DNA of 13,652 nt from Coleofasciculus sp. B1-GNL1-01 (GCA_040220235.1 JAVJTO010000067.1); one strand, 5' to 3'. Positions 1 to 7,480 are shown, counted from the first letter of the stretch. The notes: generated by a model from the sequence alone, not told the origin. Made by a program: numbers and translations.

Positions 1-102
1 GCTGGTGCATCCGCTGGTATAATGTACTCGTATTTAATCGAACAAGCGTTTAGTGGAGACTTACGGGAATTTGCCCAATCTTTCCGCTCACAAAGGGCAT
101 AG
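1..102 (+). CDS. 3' end of a CDS entering from the left edge (hypothetical protein, partial)
   Basis: Frame 1 is open from base 1 (AGASAGIMYSYLIEQAFSGDLREFAQSFRSQRA) to TAG at 100-102. The composition is protein-like, but the fragment is too short to assign. Confidence 0.5.
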   Translation, partial: AGASAGIMYSYLIEQAFSGDLREFAQSFRSQRA

Positions 103-332
103 TTATAGACTCGACGACATTGTTCTAGCCACTCAGCAAAAGTGGCGACTTGAGCGGTAGTTGGTTTTAGCTTAAACTCGTAAATCAAATTAAACACTTG
201 CTCGACAATATACAATGTTTGCTAACATTATAATACACTATTAATTGAGGAGGCTTAGAAAAAATATACTCGCAACTCAAGTGGCTAGGCTGGACGCCTT
301 GCGGCAATTGAGCTTGTCGAAATTCGGTTTCA

Positions 333-355
333 TCCCTCGGATAAATCACGAGGGA
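333..355. repeat. Short hairpin TCCCTCG-gataaatca-CGAGGGA, resembling an IS200/IS605-type subterminal palindrome remnant
   Basis: 7-bp perfect stem at 333-339/349-355. No transposase nearby, and the family resemblance is from memory only. Confidence 0.3.
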
Positions 356-392
356 GCCTGCACCATCGCTTGTACTGTAAGGATCATCGGTT

Positions 393-420
393 TGTTTCCT
401 GTCCCCTATTCTCTGTTCCC
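393..420 (+). repeat. Degenerate heptamer STRR tract (TGTTCCC-like x4)
   Basis: tgtttcc tgtcccc tattctc tgttccc; same unit as the cleaner tract at 7561-7595. Confidence 0.55.
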
Positions 421-425
421 TGAAT

Positions 426-719
426 ATGCCAATTATTGACTTGCTATTGGTGATCACTTTAGGTGTTTTGGGCATCTTGTTCTTGCAAAGAGCCACCCGA
501 AGTCAACAAAAGCAGTTAGAGGAAACGTTTTATCAGTTATTAGAAACGGAAAATAGCTGTATTTCTCTGATTCAGTTGGCTGCAACTGCTAGGGTTGAAC
601 CCGAAATCGCCCAGCAGTATTTGGAACACCAAGTTCAGATGTTTAATGCTATCCCAGAAGTTGATGCGGATGGGGATACCTACTATCGCTTTCCGAAACT
701 GCATCGACGTAATGAATGA
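426..719 (+). CDS. Small hypothetical membrane protein (N-terminal TM helix, short soluble domain)
   Basis: 97-aa ATG ORF with a hydrophobic N-terminus (IIDLLLVITLGVLGILFL), ending 24 bp before thiL on the same strand. Confidence 0.75.
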   Translation: MPIIDLLLVITLGVLGILFLQRATRSQQKQLEETFYQLLETENSCISLIQLAATARVEPEIAQQYLEHQVQMFNAIPEVDADGDTYYRFPKLHRRNE

Positions 720-743
720 ATAATGAAACCCATAAATTGACAA

Positions 744-1754
744 ATGAGCAATGATGTTATTAGAGATATTGGAGAACAGGGTGTTTTAAAACGATTACAG
801 CGTTTTTGTCCCTCAGATATTGTGGGTGATGATGCGGCGATTATGCCAAATCCAGAACCGGGGCAATTATTAGTGGTGACAACCGATGTTTTAGTAGATG
901 GAATTCATTTTAGCGATCGCACGACGTCGGCTGAAGATGTGGGTTGGCGTGCTGTGGCGGCAAATTTATCGGATTTAGCAGCAATGGGTTCATCGCCTCT
1001 AGGGATCACGGTTGGCTTGAGTCTTCCGGGTGATTTGGCGGTGAGTTGGGTTGAACGACTCTATCAAGGTATGTCTGAGTGTTTACAGCCGTATAATAAT
1101 ACGCCCATTGTCGGGGGTGATGTTTGTCAGTCTCCGGTGATTACGGTATCAATTACCGCATTTGGTCAAGTCTTACCCCAGCGCGTCATGCGGCGTTCTA
1201 ATGCTAGAGTCGGTGATGCGATCATGGTGACAGGAGTTCATGGTGCATCACGAGTTGGGTTGGAATTGTTACTTAATCCGGAATTCGGCAAAGACTTGAG
1301 TGAAAAAGAGCGATCGCGTCTGATTCAAGCCCACCAACGCCCTAAACCAAGACTAGATATCTTACCTCAACTCTGGGAAAGTCTAGCCTCCCAATCTCCA
1401 ATCCCCCTAACCGCAATGGATAGCAGCGATGGACTAGCGGATGCGATCGCCCAAATCTGTCGAGCGAGTGGGGTGGGGGCTGTGGTGGAATGGGATGCGA
1501 TTCCTCTCCCCTCCGTATTACCTCAGCTTGCTTCCCCAGAACAAGTTTGGGATTGGGTTTTGTATGGGGGTGAAGACTTTGAACTGGTGTTATGTTTGTC
1601 TGAACCATTGGCTCAGGTATTTGTCGAAAAATTGGCAGCCGGATCAGCAATTATTGGTTCCATTACATCCGGTACGGAGGTTTGTCTCACAGATAGTACA
1701 GGAAAGTATGCGGATGAATTATTAACCCTAAGTCGAGGATTTCAGCATTTTTGA
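744..1754 (+). CDS. thiL: Thiamine-phosphate kinase (PurM/AIR synthase-like fold)
   Basis: 336 aa with ThiL motifs GE-x-G, GDDAA, VTTDVLVDGIHF, GWRAVAANLSDLAAMG, IVGGD, MDSSDGL and GGEDFELV. Confidence 0.96.
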   Translation: MSNDVIRDIGEQGVLKRLQRFCPSDIVGDDAAIMPNPEPGQLLVVTTDVLVDGIHFSDRTTSAEDVGWRAVAANLSDLAAMGSSPLGITVGLSLPGDLAVSWVERLYQGMSECLQPYNNTPIVGGDVCQSPVITVSITAFGQVLPQRVMRRSNARVGDAIMVTGVHGASRVGLELLLNPEFGKDLSEKERSRLIQAHQRPKPRLDILPQLWESLASQSPIPLTAMDSSDGLADAIAQICRASGVGAVVEWDAIPLPSVLPQLASPEQVWDWVLYGGEDFELVLCLSEPLAQVFVEKLAAGSAIIGSITSGTEVCLTDSTGKYADELLTLSRGFQHF

Positions 1755-1762
1755 AAAAAATC

Positions 1763-1791
1763 TAGACAATTCGATTAGTTTTTGATAGTAT
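1763..1791 (+). promoter_or_regulatory. Putative sigma70-type promoter TAGACA-N17-TAGTAT
   Basis: -35-like TAGACA at 1763-1768, exact 17-nt spacer, -10-like TAGTAT at 1786-1791, with an A-tract upstream. No ORF downstream. Confidence 0.35.
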
Positions 1792-1819
1792 TATTTCAGA
1801 ATGGGAAAATGTGCGCTCA

Positions 1820-1975
1820 TATAGCGTTTTTATTTGGGTCGTGAACACAAGACCCCGGTAAAAAGGCAATGGGCAATGGGCAATGGGCAATAGGCAATAG
1901 GGGAAAAAGATACAGGGTTTTTAAGTAATCTAAGAAAAGACCTCCTAGGTTTACAACTCATTTACAAATGCTATA
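1820..1975. mobile_element. MITE with TATAGC... imperfect terminal inverted repeats (TA target; IS630/Tc1-like, non-autonomous)
   Basis: Left end tatagcgtttttatttgggtcgtgaac and right end gtttacaactcatttacaaatgctata match 20/27 as an inverted repeat. Contains a GGCAAT(G/A) heptamer array. Confidence 0.7.
1865..1899 (+). repeat. STRR heptamer tandem repeat GGCAAT(G/A) x5
   Basis: ggcaatg ggcaatg ggcaatg ggcaata ggcaata, read directly. Confidence 0.9.
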
Positions 1976-2061
1976 TATAGGGGCTGTTCCTGATAATCTG
2001 TAAACGTTCTCGGTTTTCCTTCCTCCTCGCTACCCATTCCTCATTTAAATGCATGACAGCT

Positions 2062-2151
2062 TACAGCGCTTTTCAAGTAAGTAAGGTACACAGACAGATC
2101 CCCGACTTCTTAGAGAAGTCGGGGATCTTGCTTAACCTGAAATCTGCTGTA
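2062..2151. mobile_element. Short MITE with TACAGC...GCTGTA ends, carrying an internal perfect palindrome
   Basis: Ends tacagcgcttttcaagtaagtaag and cttgcttaacctgaaatctgctgta are imperfect inverted repeats. Confidence 0.6.
2096..2128. repeat. Perfect 15-bp stem-loop AGATCCCCGACTTCT-tag-AGAAGTCGGGGATCT (REP-like; could act as a terminator between convergent genes)
   Basis: Arms 2096-2110 and 2114-2128 are exact reverse complements. Confidence 0.85.
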
Positions 2152-2180
2152 TTGTTGGAATTTTATCAACTACTCAAAGC

Positions 2181-2429
2181 TATAGCAATCCTAAATATAG
2201 CACTACGCAGACACGTTAGGACAAATTAAGAAAAATTCAAAATCGCTCAATCCCCTAATTTAGTAAGCTTTTTTCTTTACTATTGCCTATTGCCTATTGC
2301 CTATTGCCTGGCGCGTAGCGCTATAGGGTGTGAAAAATCAAAAAATAGAAAAAAGCTTTGAAACTCTTTCCCATTGCCCATTCTCCATGACACACGATTT
2401 TTGGACACGACTCAAATAGGATTGCTATA
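2181..2429. mobile_element. MITE with TATAGCAATCCTA terminal inverted repeats, interrupted by a second MITE
   Basis: tatagcaatccta (2181-2193) and taggattgctata (2417-2429) form a perfect 13-bp inverted repeat. Confidence 0.8.
2196..2325. mobile_element. Nested MITE with TATAGC(A/G)CTACGC ends, containing a TATTGCC x4 heptamer array (2281-2308)
   Basis: tatagcactacgc and gcgtagcgctata match 12/13 as an inverted repeat, with TA at both ends. Confidence 0.8.
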
Positions 2430-2444
2430 AATGGACAGCCCATG

Positions 2445-2513
2445 AGTCCGCGCAGGCGGACTACCCTTCGGGAAGCCTTCGCCTACATTTGTGTAGCAGC
2501 GATTTCAATCGCC
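2445..2513. repeat. Cluster of small dispersed palindromic repeats just downstream of the 2527-2880 gene
   Basis: Hairpin AGTCCGC-gcag-GCGGACT (2445-2462); a CTAC-flanked unit cttcgggaag (2461-2486); hairpin GCGATT-tc-AATCGC near 2499-2512. Confidence 0.6.
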
Positions 2514-2526
2514 TCCTCAAAAGGGG

Positions 2527-2880
2527 CTAATCATAATCAGCATCTTTGAGATCTTTGACCGCTTCGTTAACATCTTCTGCCATGGGGGGTCCTGACTTAG
2601 AATTTTCTGCTTGCTTCATTTTTTCTTTATTTGCTGAACCTTGAACAGTATTCGTACTGTTATTCGCCTCCGCTTGCACCTGTTGCATCGAACGCGGTTC
2701 TTGTTTCACGACTTGCTCAGCTTTCTCAACAATTTCGTCTAGGGTGGTGCTACCTTTGTCAGATCCACCGACAGCCGCCGCTGGCAAAGCATTGGACAAC
2801 AACAAAACTGTACACAGCGAAGCGGCAATGAGAAAACGCACTGGACGTGCAGAAAAGAGTTTTTCTCGAATAAATTGCAT
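2527..2880 (-). CDS. Secreted hydrophilic protein resembling the cyanobacterial 'low temperature-induced protein' family
   Basis: 117 aa; signal peptide ending PAAA, then a hydrophilic body with EPRSMQQVQAEAN...VQGSANKEKMKQAENS, which resembles that family from memory. Confidence 0.65.
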   Translation of the reverse strand: MQFIREKLFSARPVRFLIAASLCTVLLLSNALPAAAVGGSDKGSTTLDEIVEKAEQVVKQEPRSMQQVQAEANNSTNTVQGSANKEKMKQAENSKSGPPMAEDVNEAVKDLKDADYD

Positions 2881-3040
2881 AAAATTGGTTTCCTTTTCGT
2901 TCGACAGTCTATTTTACCACTCAGATTCACCGGAAGACACTCTGCTCATATATATAATTTTTTAATTTTTTATTACCTAGCTTAGAAATAGAATATATCC
3001 TCAGGAGGATGTGTTTGCGAAAACAGTTTAAAATTGGAGA

Positions 3041-4705
3041 ATGGTTCACCCCAATCAAGAATCCAGAATCAACAATCAACAGGCAGCAGACAGGTTTTAT
3101 CCTGATTCTTCTAGACGTGGGCGTTCTCGACGCCCTTTGGGTAAAGTGTATCTCGTCGGTGCTGGACCCGGAAGTATGGCATACCTCACCCTACGCGGTC
3201 AACAGATTCTCCATCAAGCGGAGGTATTAGTCTATGACGCTTTAGTAGACACCCAACTTTTACAATTAGTCCCCGCAAATTGCCGCCAGTTTGATGTGGG
3301 AAAGCGGGGCGGGCGTCCCTCAACTCCACAAGCAACGATTAATCAATTGTTGGTTGAACAATGCCAACAAGGAAAGCAAATCGCCCGTTTAAAAAGTGGT
3401 GATCCCTTTATCTTTGGTCGGGCTACATCTGAAATTCAAGCGTTAACCGATGCCGATTGTGCCTTTGAAGTCGTACCGGGGATTTCCTCTGCCCTAGCTG
3501 CACCGTTACTGGCAAATATTCCCCTGACTGATGCGGTTTTGAGTCGCTGTTTTACTGTCCTGACAGCGCATCAACCCGAAGCCCTAGACTGGGAAGCATT
3601 GGCGCGAATCGATACTCTGGCTATTTTAATGGGTGGGCGTCATTTAGCCACAATCGTTCAGCAGTTACAGCGTTATGGCAAATCCTATCAAACCCCTGTG
3701 GCGGTGATTCGGGCTTGTGGGCAGACTCAGCAACAGGTTTGGGTGGGAACCCTCTCCAGTATTGTTAAGCAAACAGCGGGTGTCTCCCTGTCTCCGGTGG
3801 TGATTGTCGTAGGGGAAGTGGTAGGATTACGAGATTATCTGCGATCGCACCAACAGTTACCCGTTGAGTTTACCCCAAAACACGAGACAATAGGCGAGGA
3901 CATCAATAGACGTGGTTTGCCGCAGATGCTTCAGGGTCAAACAATCTTAGTCACTCGTTCGGCGCAACAGTCGAGTACATTTCGAGACTTGTTGGAGAAA
4001 GAAGGCGCAACGGTGATTGAAATGCCTGCCTTGGTGATTACACCGCCGTCGAGTTGGGACGCCTTAGATCAAGCCATTACTAATTTATCCGATTTTGATT
4101 GGTTAATTCTCACCTCAAGCAACGGCGTCAAGTACTTTTTTGAACGATTGCTGACACTAGGAAAAGACAGCCGTGCGTTATCCGGAGTCAAAATTGCTGT
4201 TGTGGGCAAAAAAACGGCGGCTAGTTTAAAGGAACGGGGATTACATCCAGATTTTATTCCCCCAGATTTTGTCGCCGATTCTCTAGTTGAACATTTTCCT
4301 GAACCTCTGGCGGAACAAACTCTCCTCTTCCCGCGTGTAGAAACTGGGGGACGAGAGGTTTTAGTCAAAGACTTAACTGCCCAGGGTGCTACTATTGTGG
4401 AAGTGCCAGCCTATCAGTCAACCTGTCCAGGGGAAATAGAACCCCCAGCTTCGGCAGCGTTGCAAAATCATACCGTCAATATTATTACCTTTGCCAGTTC
4501 TAAAACCGTCAAAAATTTTAGGAAGCTTTTGGACAAAAACAGTAATCATCCACTCTCGCTTTTGGAAAATGTCTGTATTGCCTCCATTGGTCCACAAACG
4601 TCTAAAACCTGTCAACAACTCTTAGGGCGAGTGGATGTAGAGGCTCAAGAGTATACCTTAGAAGGGTTAACCCAAGCCATAGTACAATGGGTAAATCAAA
4701 CATAA
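3041..4705 (+). CDS. cobA: Fused uroporphyrinogen-III C-methyltransferase / uroporphyrinogen-III synthase (CobA-HemD)
   Basis: N-terminal half has GKVYLVGAGPG, VLVYDALV, VGKRGG, RLKSGDPFIFGR and VVPGISSA. C-terminal half has ILVTRS, DWLILTSSNGV, VGKKTA, ITFASSKTV and SIGPQT. The exact start codon is uncertain. Confidence 0.95.
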   Translation: MVHPNQESRINNQQAADRFYPDSSRRGRSRRPLGKVYLVGAGPGSMAYLTLRGQQILHQAEVLVYDALVDTQLLQLVPANCRQFDVGKRGGRPSTPQATINQLLVEQCQQGKQIARLKSGDPFIFGRATSEIQALTDADCAFEVVPGISSALAAPLLANIPLTDAVLSRCFTVLTAHQPEALDWEALARIDTLAILMGGRHLATIVQQLQRYGKSYQTPVAVIRACGQTQQQVWVGTLSSIVKQTAGVSLSPVVIVVGEVVGLRDYLRSHQQLPVEFTPKHETIGEDINRRGLPQMLQGQTILVTRSAQQSSTFRDLLEKEGATVIEMPALVITPPSSWDALDQAITNLSDFDWLILTSSNGVKYFFERLLTLGKDSRALSGVKIAVVGKKTAASLKERGLHPDFIPPDFVADSLVEHFPEPLAEQTLLFPRVETGGREVLVKDLTAQGATIVEVPAYQSTCPGEIEPPASAALQNHTVNIITFASSKTVKNFRKLLDKNSNHPLSLLENVCIASIGPQTSKTCQQLLGRVDVEAQEYTLEGLTQAIVQWVNQT

Positions 4706-4899
4706 ATTGCATTCTGGAAACCGCAGCCATACTAATTGCCATAATTCGCCAGAGATTCAACGCCCTCAGCAAACCGCTTACAGGCGTCCAAACACGACGG
4801 GATAAGAATTTCAGTTGGTTGTAATTGAACCAACGTACCGCAATTGGCGACGGAATATAGCTTCTAATGCTACCCTGAACGAAAAAGTCAGCAGCAGCC

Positions 4900-6042
4900 A
4901 TGATGACAGAGCCAGAACTCGAACAGACGACAGCAACACCTGACACACCTGACACACCTGAACCACCTAAAAAGCCAGAAACACCTGAACCACCTGAAAC
5001 ATCTGATACATCTGATACATCTGACACTCCCGAAACATCTGACACTCCTGAGGAAGAAACAAAGGAATCAGAAAATGATGGAATTATCTTCCAAGCGATT
5101 GGAATCGTCGTCGGTGATGTGAGCTGGTCAGACGAGGGGCGGGCTATGCTTACTATGGCGGGTCGAGACTATCCATTGTTTTATACCTCTCGATTACGCA
5201 AGGCTTTCAACGCTCTGAAACTAGAAATCAAAAACACTGGCGAAGCGACTCAACGATTAATCGTTTACCCCAGAGTGACCCACTTTCCTCAACGCACTAA
5301 GTCGCATCAGATTTCCTTTCAGTTGGTCGGATTCTCGAAAGGAGAACCTGATGGTGTTGCGGCACAATTGGAAGATTTTGAGTTTCAGCTACGTGGCTTG
5401 TGGCAATTTATACCTGTTTGTCGAGGACCTGTTGTCTCGATTTTCCGTAATTTCAATCGCGATCGCTTAGATTATATCAAGCAAGCTGAACCAGCGCAAA
5501 AGGTGAGATTTATGAAGGCGTCTCACCTCCCGTTGATGTGGAAAGATTCTCCAGTTAAGCCATTCCGATTCAATCCCAAAACTCCCAAAGAGGAGCAAGG
5601 ACATCCGGCATTTATTCAAGTCAAGGCTAAATTTTTGCCCACTCGCAATCTTTTTGAGTTTGATGCTCTGTTAGCACCACCCTTGGATAAAGCACCTAAG
5701 TTTTTGAAGGCGTCGAAGGCTGACAAGACAGCCGTACAGCAGGAGAAACGGCAAAATAAGTCAAAGCAGAAGCCGACTAAGGGAAGGGAGAAGCCAGAAG
5801 GTAAAGAACAGCAGTCAGAAGGCAAAGAGCAGAAGCCGACGATAAAACGGCAGAAGCCAGAGGTCAAAAAGCCGAAGCCAGAAGCCAAAGAGCCAAAGCC
5901 GACTACCGACGAGCAGAAGGTGGAAGCCAAAGAGCCAAAGCCGACTACCGACGAGCAGAAGGTAGAAGCCAAAAAGCCGAAGCCGAGTAAAGTAAGGAAG
6001 AGAGTAAAAGCCAAGGAGCAGAAGCCAGAGGATAAACAATAA
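4900..6042 (+). CDS. Hypothetical protein: globular core flanked by an acidic tripeptide-repeat N-tail and a Lys/Glu/Pro heptapeptide-repeat C-tail
   Basis: 380-aa ORF with an ordered core (FQAIGIVVGDV...LRGLWQFIPVCRGPVVSIFRN...HLPLMWKD...PFRFNPK). No function recognised. Confidence 0.8.
   Translation: MMTEPELEQTTATPDTPDTPEPPKKPETPEPPETSDTSDTSDTPETSDTPEEETKESENDGIIFQAIGIVVGDVSWSDEGRAMLTMAGRDYPLFYTSRLRKAFNALKLEIKNTGEATQRLIVYPRVTHFPQRTKSHQISFQLVGFSKGEPDGVAAQLEDFEFQLRGLWQFIPVCRGPVVSIFRNFNRDRLDYIKQAEPAQKVRFMKASHLPLMWKDSPVKPFRFNPKTPKEEQGHPAFIQVKAKFLPTRNLFEFDALLAPPLDKAPKFLKASKADKTAVQQEKRQNKSKQKPTKGREKPEGKEQQSEGKEQKPTIKRQKPEVKKPKPEAKEPKPTTDEQKVEAKEPKPTTDEQKVEAKKPKPSKVRKRVKAKEQKPEDKQ
4936..5052 (+). 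repeat. 9-bp coding tandem repeat (ACA(C/T)CTGA(C/A/T)-like x13) encoding TPD/TPE/TSD
   Basis: acacctgac acacctgac acacctgaa ccacctaaa ... acatctgat acatctgat acatctgac, read directly. Confidence 0.85.
5758..6030 (+). repeat. 21-bp (7-aa) degenerate coding repeat x13, including a near-perfect 42-bp duplication (5881-5922 / 5923-5964)
   Basis: KSKQKPT KGREKPE GKEQQSE GKEQKPT IKRQKPE VKKPKPE AKEPKPT TDEQKVE AKEPKPT TDEQKVE AKKPKPS KVRKRVK AKEQKPE. Confidence 0.85.
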
Positions 6043-6071
6043 GGTTCAGGGTCAACAATGGCTCTCATCCT

Positions 6072-6121
6072 TGTAGTGCGTTTAGCGAAGCCATGCCGCA
6101 GGCTTTGCATATTGCTCGCTA
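6072..6121. repeat. GTAG-type REP-like repeat interrupted by a ~26-bp small dispersed repeat
   Basis: tagtgcg[tttagcgaagccatgccgcaggcttt]gcatattgctcgcta; an uninterrupted relative, tagtgcgagcgtctcgttggcta, lies at 13427-13449. Confidence 0.5.
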
Positions 6122-6162
6122 GGAATACCTGATTGAAATGCATGGCAGTTTAGCTCATCGGC

Positions 6163-6750
6163 TTAACCAAGTGCATCCTCTGGATACGCCGATAAACTCA
6201 AGATAAATCCCGGTAATAGGGTTTCACCTGATAATTCTGTCGGCAAATTTCGCAGTTCTACTGGCTGTCCCTGGCGATAAATTTCCACTTGCTGCTGTTG
6301 GGGATTAATTAACCATGCCAATTGCACGCCAGCATCCATGTATTCTTGCATCTTGTCACGTAAGGGTTGTAAATCGTCTGTAGCTGACCTTAATTCGATA
6401 ACAAAATCCGGTGCAATTGGGGGAAATTTGCGTCGTTGTTCAGGGGGGAGCGCTTCCCAGCGTTCTTGGCGAATCCAAGCCGCATCTGGGGAACGTTTAG
6501 CGCCATTAGGCAACTTAAAGATTGTGGAGGAACTGAAGGTATAACCCAGGTTAGTTTGTCTGTTCCAGATTCCCAAATCGATAATTAATTCAGCTTCTCG
6601 ATTTCCACTTTCTCCGCCAACGGGTGGCATGATAATTAATTCCCCCTGCGCCGTCGTTTCAAAGTTAAACTCGCGATTATTTTGACATAATTGATAGAAC
6701 TGTTCGTCGGTTAAGGGAATTGTATCTAATTTTAAGGTTACAGTATTCAT
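6163..6750 (-). CDS. Uma2 family (DUF820) PD-(D/E)xK-like endonuclease, copy 1
   Basis: Motifs LTDEQFYQLC, GELIIMPP, FKLPNGAKRSPDAAW, PIAPDFVIELRS, KMQEY, WLINP and LSGETLLPGF. Confidence 0.93.
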   Translation of the reverse strand: MNTVTLKLDTIPLTDEQFYQLCQNNREFNFETTAQGELIIMPPVGGESGNREAELIIDLGIWNRQTNLGYTFSSSTIFKLPNGAKRSPDAAWIRQERWEALPPEQRRKFPPIAPDFVIELRSATDDLQPLRDKMQEYMDAGVQLAWLINPQQQQVEIYRQGQPVELRNLPTELSGETLLPGFILSLSAYPEDALG

Positions 6751-6791
6751 GTTTTTACCCTAGCTTCAATTAGCTTTAAACTTACATAGCT

Positions 6792-7364
6792 TTATAAATA
6801 GGCAGATAAAGTTAAGCTAAATTCCGGTAATAGGGTTTCACCTGATAATTCTGTCGGCAGATTTCGTAGTTCTACTGGCTGTCCCTGACGATAAATTTCC
6901 ACTTGCTGCTGTTGGGGATTAATTAACCATGCCAATTGCACGCCAGCATCCATGTATTCTTGCATTTTGTCACGCAACGGTTGCAAATCGTCTGTGGCTG
7001 ACCTTAATTCGATGACAAAATCCGGTGCAATTGGGGGAAATTTGCGTCGTTGTTCAGGGGGGAGCGCTTCCCAGCGTTCTCGGCGAATCCAAGCCGCATC
7101 TGGGGAACGTTTCGCACCATTGGGTAACTTAAATATTGTGGAGGAACTGAAGGTATAACCCAAAGCAGTTTGCCGATTCCAGATGACTAAATCTGCAATC
7201 AGTTCAGATTCTCGATTTCCACTTTCTCCGCCAACGGGTGGCATGATAATTAATTCTCCCTGCGCCGTCGTTTCAAAGTTAAACTCGCGATTATTTTGAC
7301 ATAATTGATAGAACTGTTCGTCGGTTAAGGGAATGGTGTCTAAATTTAAGGTTACAGTATTCAT
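6792..7364 (-). CDS. Uma2 family (DUF820) endonuclease, copy 2 (tandem paralogue)
   Basis: Same motifs as copy 1; near-identical at a 614-bp offset. Confidence 0.93.
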   Translation of the reverse strand: MNTVTLNLDTIPLTDEQFYQLCQNNREFNFETTAQGELIIMPPVGGESGNRESELIADLVIWNRQTALGYTFSSSTIFKLPNGAKRSPDAAWIRRERWEALPPEQRRKFPPIAPDFVIELRSATDDLQPLRDKMQEYMDAGVQLAWLINPQQQQVEIYRQGQPVELRNLPTELSGETLLPEFSLTLSAYL

Positions 7365-7444
7365 GAGCTTTACCCAATATTATCAGTCTAGTAATAGCAG
7401 TTATAACATCTGTACAAAGTCATAACACCTCTCGCTTTCTTCCC

Positions 7445-7466
7445 GCCAGGGATTCTAATTCCTGGC
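7445..7466. repeat. Short imperfect palindrome GCCAGG-N10-CCTGGC (REP-like or terminator-like)
   Basis: gccagg gattctaatt cctggc, between the GHL10 and Uma2 genes. Confidence 0.5.
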
Positions 7467-7480
7467 TAAATGCTTAAGTC

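Noticed and set aside
103..425. TPP riboswitch upstream of thiL
   Set aside because: Conserved TPP motifs (CTGAGA, ACCTGAT/GATAA...GCGTAGG) were not found.
185..496. ORFs 185-496(-), 245-439(+) and 540-743(-)
   Set aside because: They overlap repeats or better-supported genes and have no recognisable motifs.
1980..2040. tRNA or tmRNA beginning GGGGCTG
   Set aside because: No T-loop (TTCGA), no cloverleaf and no matching 3' acceptor strand.
1820..2513. CRISPR array
   Set aside because: The repeats are heptamer tandems and inverted repeats; there are no regularly spaced identical direct repeats with unique spacers.
4602..6143. Minus-strand ORFs 4602-5045, 5616-6143 and 5815-6039
   Set aside because: Antisense shadows of the low-complexity repeats in the 4900-6042 gene.
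6338..7158. Duplicated 68-aa plus-strand ORFs (6338-6544 and 6952-7158)
   Set aside because: Antisense shadows of the duplicated Uma2 genes; their similarity simply follows from that duplication.
6163..7364. Diversity-generating retroelement (template/variable repeat pair)
   Set aside because: Differences between the copies are not adenine-specific, both copies are complete ORFs, and there is no reverse transcriptase in the window.
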